A stretch of DNA of 6,117 nucleotides, from IMG/VR virus record IMGVR_UViG_3300020030_000044, positions 1 to 6,117 of that record, one strand, 5' to 3'. The translations under genes and the position numbers were made by a program. The notes beneath the pieces were generated by a model. The model saw only the letters and a program-made list of their open reading frames with translations. It was not told where the DNA came from and searched no databases. The stretch is from a virus. Every line of letters starts with the position of its first letter. The stretch's first letter is position 1. Of the stretch, positions 1-5,281 are shown in pieces.

Positions 1-121
1 AAGAACCTCGTCATATGAGGATCGAAACTCGTTAAAACACGGCTCGTAAGCCACAGTCTCCGAAGCCGAGGTAGTTCCAAAGCCAAATTGGAATCCGGGA
101 ACATCCTGATAACCAATGTCA
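1..121. repeat. Terminal overlap, copy 1 (closure of a circular contig)
   Basis: Exact 121/121 identity with 5997..6117. The repeat is bounded only by the window edges and lies inside the capsid coding frame. Confidence 0.95.
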
Positions 122-1548
122 TTATAGATTGGATTAAAATAATCAGCGCCAGTATAATGGAGATAATCAGGGTAGACGCCTGCCCAGTAATAAACAGGTC
201 GGATACTCAACATGTCAATCATGTAACCGGGCTCACGGAAATAATAAGACTGTCGGCGACCAAGGCGATCGTTAAAAGCGATAGCGCCGCCCTGTTGACC
301 GAGAGGGCCGTTAGCTGACGAACCGGAAAAATTATTCTGTCCGGCCTGATTCATGACAATCTGAACGTTAACAGTCTGCGATGCACTAAACAGCAATTTG
401 GGCCGATCGACATGTTCGATCTTTGAAGCGAAAAAGGTTTCCAGCCAGTCGCTGTAACGAGAACCTCCAGCACCAAGCAAATCCTTGTATTCCTGAAGCC
501 GCGAAGCAATAGCCAATTGCGGGATGGTTGAGACACCTGACATGGAGACACCTTCAGAGCTACCAACAGGGAGCAACCGACTGTAGCGATCGGGGTTCGA
601 AGGTATAACGGCCATCGGATGGGCGACAAGGAACGTTCCAAGCGTACTAACAGTTGTGGAGCCGGCATCAGTAGAGAATTGGTTCGCGGGACCTGCGGTA
701 GACAACGAAGAGCTTCCAGGATAGATGGTGGAGACGGGATAGCCGTCCTTGGAAGCAGTAATTGTAGCGCCAAGGTCCGAAAGCAATATCTGGGAAAAAA
801 GATTTCCTCTATTGTACGTATTGTTCGACGACGGCACAGACGAAGGATAGAACTGACTCTCGTAATAAGCATCGAGAAACTCGAGGTTTCCGAATCTTTG
901 CGAGAAAAACGTCGACTCGTCATTGAACTGAAGAACGTTATAGATGGTACCAGTGCTATTGGGGATGAAACACCAGCTGCAGGGCCAAGCAAAAGAGTAA
1001 AGTCCCCACTGGGAATAACTGTAGTAATTGCGAACGATATCCCAATAAGCAAGATAAGAATCAGCGGTGCACCAACCTAAAGGGTATCCCAATTGAGCAG
1101 ACGAAAGGTTGGCCGATGCGGGAACATTGCTAGAAGTTGGCACCGGGATAGAAGCAGGAATGATGCGCAACCAACGAAGCAACGAATTGGAGTAGGGGTA
1201 GTTGTTGTGAGTGAACGGGTAAGACGCAGTCGACGCAGCAGCAACGAAATTCAAGCTCAAATTATTCATATCAAACTTGCTGCTATTCGTCCTCATCTCG
1301 GGATGGTACAGCTGAAGAGGCACCCAGAAACGATGCAAACGAACAGTGTAGGGGTTAAACGTCGGAACAGCGAGCGGGTTGCTGCGGACATCGATACCTT
1401 GCTCAACAGACACACGGTCTCGAGCGTTGATAAAATCAATTCGCACCGGATACAGAATACCCGGCGTACACGTAAAGGCCTTACTCTCGGGAACATCGTA
1501 GCGAGAATAGCCGTTTACAGCGTGAGAAATAAAAGGTTGTTTTCCCAT
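1..1548 (-). CDS. VP1: Major capsid protein (Microviridae F/VP1 family), N-terminal 516 codons; continues across the circular junction into 5996..5754 for 596 aa in total
   Basis: I checked every + strand triplet in frame 1 from 1 to 1548 and found no tta/cta/tca, so the - frame is open from the ATG at 1548-1546 to the window edge. The translation begins MGKQPFISHAVNGYSRYDVPESKAFTCTPGILYPVRIDFINARDRVSVEQGIDVRSNPLAVPTFNPYTVRLHRFWVPLQLYHPEM. This resembles the conserved N-terminal region of microvirus capsid proteins (F..T..G.L.P...., R..P...P, then R.H.FWVP.QL). The last 20 codons (ETVAYEPCFNEFRSSYDEVL) coincide with the start of track ORF 5754..6050. The ORF is missing from the track because it has no stop codon inside the window on this side. 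Confidence 0.9.
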   Translation of the reverse strand, partial: MGKQPFISHAVNGYSRYDVPESKAFTCTPGILYPVRIDFINARDRVSVEQGIDVRSNPLAVPTFNPYTVRLHRFWVPLQLYHPEMRTNSSKFDMNNLSLNFVAAASTASYPFTHNNYPYSNSLLRWLRIIPASIPVPTSSNVPASANLSSAQLGYPLGWCTADSYLAYWDIVRNYYSYSQWGLYSFAWPCSWCFIPNSTGTIYNVLQFNDESTFFSQRFGNLEFLDAYYESQFYPSSVPSSNNTYNRGNLFSQILLSDLGATITASKDGYPVSTIYPGSSSLSTAGPANQFSTDAGSTTVSTLGTFLVAHPMAVIPSNPDRYSRLLPVGSSEGVSMSGVSTIPQLAIASRLQEYKDLLGAGGSRYSDWLETFFASKIEHVDRPKLLFSASQTVNVQIVMNQAGQNNFSGSSANGPLGQQGGAIAFNDRLGRRQSYYFREPGYMIDMLSIRPVYYWAGVYPDYLHYTGADYFNPIYNDIGYQDVPGFQFGFGTTSASETVAYEPCFNEFRSSYDEVL

Positions 1549-1551
1549 AAA

Positions 1552-2622
1552 TTAAGTAATTAGTTGAAGTTTGTAATGATCTTGCCAGAGTTGAAGAATA
1601 TCCAAATCCAGCCAAGTAGGAGGATCAAAATCAGGCATCTTGCGAGAAGAGGCAGAAAAGCGCATTATTTGTTTTTGCTCCCACACATACGACGCTCTAC
1701 GGGATACGGCGGAATCGAGGGAGAACCTTTTAACACACAAAGAAACAATACGTCTAACCAAAGCAGAACCGCTAAAATGTGCATAGCTGTCAGCAGAGGA
1801 AATCGAACGAACAACCTCGTCCTCCGGTTTAAGATATCGAAGATAGTAGCGAGGAATTGCGTAATTATATACAACTCCAGTCGAAGAAGCGAAATAAGAC
1901 CACGTCGAAGTACGGGCAGAAGGGCGAGGCATATAACCAAGGAAATCGCCAACACCGGCAGATACGAATTTTCTCGTATAGCGGCGATGTTGAAGGAGAA
2001 TAGAAAGTGGTGTAGGTTTTCCATTTAAAGTAACGAATTTACCCGAGACATCCTCGGGATTAAACTGAATTTGTTTAGTAACATATTTAACAACGTATCG
2101 AGCACGTTTGTGCGTGCCTTTTCCGAGCCACACGAATCCAAAATCACCAACAGCTTTTCGAATCTCGTTGTAAAGAACATTAGTTCCAAACAGGAAACCA
2201 TGGAAATGAAGACGAGGCTCAGAACCCATTTCCGGGTGAGTACCAAACTCCTGAAAAAAAGCATGCTTAAATGAGTGACCAATCTTGTGGCGAACACGCT
2301 CATTCCATCGTCGAATAAATTTGGAGGGATCGTGCAGCGCCTCATTATAATACTTCGGAGCAATCGTTATTGTAATAAAAATAGCCTGCTGGTGCTCAGC
2401 CTTGCATCGGGCAAGTTCACGCTCAAGCCTGACAAACCAATCGTTTCGCTGCCGACGCAAACAATCTTCACACCTGCCGCATGGGACCATCAACCACTGG
2501 CGTGCAATATCCCAGGGGCGGAGAGCAAGAGCAGACTTTGCAACGTCAGAACCATTCCGACAGGGGTCCTTCTTGTCGAAATAGCGGCGGTTACGTATCC
2601 ATATGGGCGATAAACAAGGCAC
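1552..2622 (-). CDS. VP4: Replication initiation protein (HUH rolling-circle endonuclease, Microviridae A/VP4 family), 356 aa
   Basis: RCR motif I-like FITITI. HUH motif in PRLHFHGFLF. Double-tyrosine active-site motif YVVKYVTK (compare phiX174 gpA YVAKYVNK). N-terminal MPCLSPIWIRN and the Cys cluster VPCGRCEDC are typical of microvirus VP4. The start is a GTG at 2622-2620; a TAA lies in frame 4 codons upstream and no in-frame ATG occurs until residue 45. TAA stop at 1554-1552. Confidence 0.93.
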   Translation of the reverse strand: MPCLSPIWIRNRRYFDKKDPCRNGSDVAKSALALRPWDIARQWLMVPCGRCEDCLRRQRNDWFVRLERELARCKAEHQQAIFITITIAPKYYNEALHDPSKFIRRWNERVRHKIGHSFKHAFFQEFGTHPEMGSEPRLHFHGFLFGTNVLYNEIRKAVGDFGFVWLGKGTHKRARYVVKYVTKQIQFNPEDVSGKFVTLNGKPTPLSILLQHRRYTRKFVSAGVGDFLGYMPRPSARTSTWSYFASSTGVVYNYAIPRYYLRYLKPEDEVVRSISSADSYAHFSGSALVRRIVSLCVKRFSLDSAVSRRASYVWEQKQIMRFSASSRKMPDFDPPTWLDLDILQLWQDHYKLQLIT

Positions 2623-2945
2623 TACAACAGACTTTTAAGACAATCAAACTTAATGGCAGGATGATTAAGACGGCAGCGAATGAGATAGTCATTTGCAGGC
2701 GTCTCGTCAGAAAACCAGGCGATAACAACGCGTTTCCTGCCACGATAGGCTCCAATAGAAAAACGGTAGGGACGACCGTCAACCATAGGGGAAAAACGAG
2801 GGCGAAAATCAAATATATCCATAATCAAAGAATAATACTCTGCGCTTCGAAAGACGGTACTTTCGAGAGCGAAAACTGTTTCGTTACGCCGCTCGACGGC
2901 CTTAACGGCCGGGACGCTTCGCGTCTTCGAGCTCCATGGCTTCAC
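2622..2945 (-). CDS. Hypothetical basic protein, 107 aa from GTG 2945 (66 aa if the first ATG at 2822 is used); positional analogue of gokushovirus VP5
   Basis: Co-oriented ORF whose TAG stop (2624-2622) overlaps the Rep GTG by 1 nt (TAGTG). The composition is not low-complexity (..MDIFDFRPRFSPMVDGRPYRFSIGAYRGRKRVVIAWFSDETPANDYLIRCRLNHPAIKF..). I recognise no motif. The start codon is uncertain. Confidence 0.55.
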   Translation of the reverse strand: MKPWSSKTRSVPAVKAVERRNETVFALESTVFRSAEYYSLIMDIFDFRPRFSPMVDGRPYRFSIGAYRGRKRVVIAWFSDETPANDYLIRCRLNHPAIKFDCLKSLL

Positions 2946-2960
2946 TCCACGAAATTTATA

Positions 2961-2974
2961 CCGAATAAATTCGG
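2961..2974. promoter_or_regulatory. 14-bp dyad CCGAAT-AA-ATTCGG in the spacer upstream of the 2945 ORF/Rep pair; possible operator or small hairpin
   Basis: Perfect 6+6 inverted repeat read directly from the sequence. On the - strand it is followed immediately by TATAAATTTCG, which contains TAAATTTC, one mismatch from the Bacteroidetes -7 box TAnnTTTG. Confidence 0.3.
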
Positions 2975-2990
2975 TGAGTTTAAGGATAGA

Positions 2991-3019
2991 AGCTCCCGGG
3001 GAGAACCATCCCGGGAGCT
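2991..3019 (-). other. Perfect GC-rich stem-loop: 10-bp stem AGCTCCCGGG/CCCGGGAGCT with a 9-nt loop
   Basis: The arms 2991..3000 and 3010..3019 are exact reverse complements (8 of 10 pairs are G:C). It lies in a 117-nt non-coding spacer, 44 nt downstream of the stop at 3063. No U-tract follows on the coding strand, so it is not a canonical intrinsic terminator. Confidence 0.7.
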
Positions 3020-3025
3020 ACACAG

Positions 3026-3100
3026 TTAAAGAACTCTTCCTCCAAGCGGGCGGGTCACTACTTTAGTTCCTCTGCCCTTCTTCTTTCGGCGTGCTTTCAT
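3026..3100 (-). CDS. Candidate 24-aa highly basic peptide (J/VP8-like DNA-binding peptide?), below the ORF-track size cut-off
   Basis: ATG at 3100-3098 and TAA at 3028-3026. Translation MKARRKKKGRGTKVVTRPLGGRVL has 9 K/R in 24 residues. It overlaps the last 38 nt of ORF 3063..3386 in the +1 frame and ends 6 nt before the 2991..3019 hairpin. It could be a by-product of the purine-rich end of the overlapped gene. Confidence 0.2.
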   Translation of the reverse strand: MKARRKKKGRGTKVVTRPLGGRVL

Positions 3101-3386
3101 TGCAATCAATATTAAAGTCGAACATAAAAACAATCGTGTTGTCAAAAAACTCGACCGCGAACTTCGGGTAAGAAGCCAGAAGTGACACGAGACCGGAAAC
3201 CGACTGATGCTTGACGTAAGGTGATTTCGAAATATCCGAAACCAGGAAATAATCGGAAATAGGAGTATCCGAGAAAATGTCAGAAGACAGCTGCACAAAC
3301 TGACCATCTTTGACATAACCGACCTGAGCAAGGTCAATGTCAAGTGCCGGATTGACCCGGCGAAGAACAATGTGAATCTGCATCAT
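3063..3386 (-). CDS. Hypothetical protein, 107 aa
   Basis: ATGATG start at 3386, 11 nt after the stop of the upstream ORF, and TAA at 3065-3063. The sequence looks like a globular protein (MMQIHIVLRRVNPALDIDLAQVGYVKDGQFVQLSSDIFSDTPISDYFLVSDISKSPYVKHQ...). It is preferred over the overlapping L/S/R-rich +1-frame ORF 3026..3370. I recognise no motif. Confidence 0.6.
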   Translation of the reverse strand: MMQIHIVLRRVNPALDIDLAQVGYVKDGQFVQLSSDIFSDTPISDYFLVSDISKSPYVKHQSVSGLVSLLASYPKFAVEFFDNTIVFMFDFNIDCNESTPKEEGQRN

Positions 3387-3397
3387 AATAATACAAT

Positions 3398-3715
3398 TTA
3401 AAGGGTGAAATCAAAACTTTTACAAAAATTGCGCCAAAGGGCAGACTGGTCCGTCCAAAATTTATAGCCTTGCGGTGTCATAGCAAACGGAAAGGAGCAG
3501 TCCATGATATCGCTAAGAGTAAACCTAGTCGAATGAAGCAAATCGCGGAGGTGAGCACGCAAATCCTGCCGAAAGGTTCGATGCTGCGTGCAAAACTTCA
3601 CACGATTAGCTCTATACACAGAATATACGCCGTGGCGGACGAGCCACTCAATGAACATGTACTCAGCGACATCAACGTAGAGGTTTGAAAGACTGGATTT
3701 TTTGTTGCTTTTCAT
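3398..3715 (-). CDS. Hypothetical protein, 105 aa from ATG 3715; the track version from ATG 3826 is 142 aa and overlaps the VP2 end by 32 nt. It sits where gokushoviruses carry the scaffolding gene VP3
   Basis: Co-oriented ORF, MKSNKKSSLSNLYVDVAEYMFIEWLVRHGVYSVYRANRVKFCTQHRTFRQDLRAHLRDLLH...; TAA at 3400-3398. The 37-codon N-terminal extension is encoded by T-tract-rich, promoter-like DNA, so I favour the 3715 start, but this is unresolved. Confidence 0.6.
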   Translation of the reverse strand: MKSNKKSSLSNLYVDVAEYMFIEWLVRHGVYSVYRANRVKFCTQHRTFRQDLRAHLRDLLHSTRFTLSDIMDCSFPFAMTPQGYKFWTDQSALWRNFCKSFDFTL

Positions 3716-3740
3716 AATAGTGGGGTTATTGGTTACAGCA

Positions 3741-3778
3741 CAAACATACGACATAAAAGGGAAAAAGCAATGTTCAAA
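3741..3778 (-). promoter_or_regulatory. Possible Bacteroidetes-type promoter (-7 box TATGTTTG; upstream TTTG/ATTG)
   Basis: On the - strand, TATGTTTG (3748..3741) matches the TAnnTTTG -7 consensus exactly. ATTG lies 19 nt upstream (3771..3768) and TTTG 26 nt upstream (3778..3775). The site is in the 79-nt spacer between the VP2 stop and ATG 3715. Confidence 0.3.
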
Positions 3779-3794
3779 AGGTAGAAAAAGCTGT

Positions 3795-5063
3795 CTACTT
3801 TCTCTCAAAATAACTACGGCGAACATAAGTGGCGCCCATTCGGTCGCCAGAAGGACCGTAAACCTCCTTCATCTCCTCATAACCTTCAGGACCAGCAGGA
3901 CCAGAGGCTTTGCGACCAACATACGAAGCACCGGCGATGCCTGCAGCAGCAGCGAAGGAACGAATAACATCGTGTCCGAGGCGAAGCCGGGAATTACGCA
4001 AATCCCAGCGGGCGTTGCCTGTTTCAAGTTGAGCAGTTTCGGCAGCAGCGGTCTTCAGAATCGCCAAAGTTTCGGCCACCTTCATCGTCTTCGTTTCAAC
4101 GACCTGACCTTTCTCGTCACGAATCTGAACAGGAACGTCTTTTTCCCAATTAAGCTCATACCATTTCTGCAGATCCTTGAGATCCTGAGCATTGAGCTTC
4201 GTGCGGGAGTCTGATTCAGCAGCAGCTGAAACATTGGCAACCGCTGAACTCCAAGCAACAGCAAGTGCAGCACCAGCCTGAGGAGCAAACCAATCATTAG
4301 TTTGGCGAAGGTAATTGTACTTCTCTTCGAGAATGCCGGCCATGGACATAATGGAGGAAAGCTTATAGCCTTGCGAAATATCAGACAAATAGGCCTCAAT
4401 AGACGTAATTTCAGCCTGCGCCTCATGCAGCTTCGCAATTTCTTGAGCATCCTTAACATTATGCTGCGTAATCTGCAGCTCAAGATTATCCATGTTCTTG
4501 CGCCATTCAACCGTGTGCGTATTACCTCGAAGATTAGCAGCTTCTGCTTCATCTCGGCTAGCAGCAGCAGCATTGCGGTCAACCGTAGACTGGGCAACCA
4601 TATTCTGAGCAATAGCAGCGGGATCGCCGGCAGCGAAGGCACCAGGGCTAACAGGAGCGCCGCCAGAAGGACCGGAGGCGGAAGGCATAGACGCAGAACC
4701 GCCAGACATAGTAGCATTCACGCCAACGCCTGAAGAGCCTAAAACAGCAGCAGGCGTAACACCAGCCTTCAAGTAGCGGTCAAAAACCTTCGAAGGATCA
4801 TTATATGCGTTTTCATAGTCAAACTGTTTCTGCCAGTTGGCGTAGGAGAGTTCAGACTGCTTCTGCATCTGCTCGAGGGCATACTGTTGCTGAAGCTTCA
4901 TCTGCTTCTGCTGGAACTTCCACTGACGACGGGCGTTCATGCCGCCAAAAAGCTGACCTAGGAAGCCATTAATTAAGCCGGTGGTACCAGTAGAGGCAGC
5001 AGATTCTCCAAGAGCTCGACCAAAAGAAGCAGTGGCACCGGCAGCAGCAATAGGAGCAGCCAT
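3795..5063 (-). CDS. VP2: DNA pilot / minor capsid protein (Microviridae H/VP2 family), 422 aa
   Basis: ATG at 5063 and TAG at 3797-3795. The N-terminus is rich in Ala/Gly/Gln, with a glycine-zipper-like segment (TGLINGFLGQLFGGMNARRQW). A Gln-rich stretch follows, then YENAYNDPSKVFDRYLKAGVTPAAVLG, which resembles the conserved YN.P..Q..R...AG.NP block of VP2/H proteins. A central heptad-like region (ELQITQHNVKDAQEIAKLHEAQAEITSIEAYL) is consistent with a coiled-coil DNA-delivery tube. Confidence 0.85.
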   Translation of the reverse strand: MAAPIAAAGATASFGRALGESAASTGTTGLINGFLGQLFGGMNARRQWKFQQKQMKLQQQYALEQMQKQSELSYANWQKQFDYENAYNDPSKVFDRYLKAGVTPAAVLGSSGVGVNATMSGGSASMPSASGPSGGAPVSPGAFAAGDPAAIAQNMVAQSTVDRNAAAASRDEAEAANLRGNTHTVEWRKNMDNLELQITQHNVKDAQEIAKLHEAQAEITSIEAYLSDISQGYKLSSIMSMAGILEEKYNYLRQTNDWFAPQAGAALAVAWSSAVANVSAAAESDSRTKLNAQDLKDLQKWYELNWEKDVPVQIRDEKGQVVETKTMKVAETLAILKTAAAETAQLETGNARWDLRNSRLRLGHDVIRSFAAAAGIAGASYVGRKASGPAGPEGYEEMKEVYGPSGDRMGATYVRRSYFERK

Positions 5064-5064
5064 A

Positions 5065-5250
5065 CTAAATGCGATTTAAATTGTTAGAACGAATAATATA
5101 ATCAACACGCACAGTGTCGATGTGAACGCCACTGCGCTGCATTCTAGCCTGTGCAGCACACGAAGTAAGAAAAAAAGTAGCAAGAGCAGACACGACTGCT
5201 GCAATCAATGTCCAAAACTTCTTGGATTTCAATAAATCTTTGATATTCAT
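5065..5250 (-). CDS. Small predicted lipoprotein / membrane-anchored peptide, 61 aa (31-aa mature part)
   Basis: ATG at 5250-5248. The track start at 5304 is a GTG, and its 18 extra residues do not resemble a signal peptide. MNIKDLLKSKK is a positively charged n-region, FWTLIAAVVSALATFF a hydrophobic h-region, and L-T-S-C fits the lipobox [LVI][ASTVI][GAS]C. The mature peptide is CAAQARMQRSGVHIDTVRVDYIIRSNNLNRI. The TAG stop at 5067-5065 is 1 nt from the VP2 ATG. Confidence 0.65.
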   Translation of the reverse strand: MNIKDLLKSKKFWTLIAAVVSALATFFLTSCAAQARMQRSGVHIDTVRVDYIIRSNNLNRI

Positions 5251-5281
5251 AGAATTAGGTTTTTTGCGACCTCCATGAGAA

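Noticed and set aside
1-121. The 121-nt identical ends as a biological direct terminal repeat or LTR-like element.
   Set aside because: The repeat lies inside the capsid coding frame and is cut off by the window edges. This fits a circular-assembly overlap; a genuine terminal repeat would duplicate part of an essential gene.
351-1052. A 233-aa same-strand ORF inside the capsid gene. Similar long +1-frame ORFs occur at 4082..4717 (in VP2), 1665..2024 and 2025..2363 (in Rep), 1293..1496, 2591..2812 and 5867..6112. These could be read as overprinted genes.
   Set aside because: All are in the +1 frame of a well-supported gene. Their products are L/S/R/P-rich and low-complexity. The real genes use mostly T/C-ending codons, which systematically removes TAA/TAG/TGA from the +1 frame. 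Their length is therefore a compositional by-product, not evidence of coding.
1-1548. Possible stop-codon reassignment or a capsid-less element, suspected because no capsid-sized ORF appears in the track.
   Set aside because: The capsid frame is fully open under the standard code. It was omitted only because it leaves the window before reaching a stop codon.
88-4733. + strand ORFs in the track: 88..318, 619..1080, 1093..1563, 1564..2028, 2071..2274, 2275..2613, 2402..2584, 2481..3029, 3470..3688, 3702..4214, 4302..4733 and 5506..5691.
   Set aside because: Each is antisense to a motif-supported or tightly packed - strand gene. Their products are R/S/N-rich with no motifs. Microviridae encode all genes on one strand.
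3900-5060. Runs of gcagca/gctgct triplets that look like short tandem repeats.
   Set aside because: They are in-frame Ala/Gln/Ser codon runs of the Ala-rich VP2 protein. No unit repeats more than a few times, and no array structure (CRISPR, iterons) is present.
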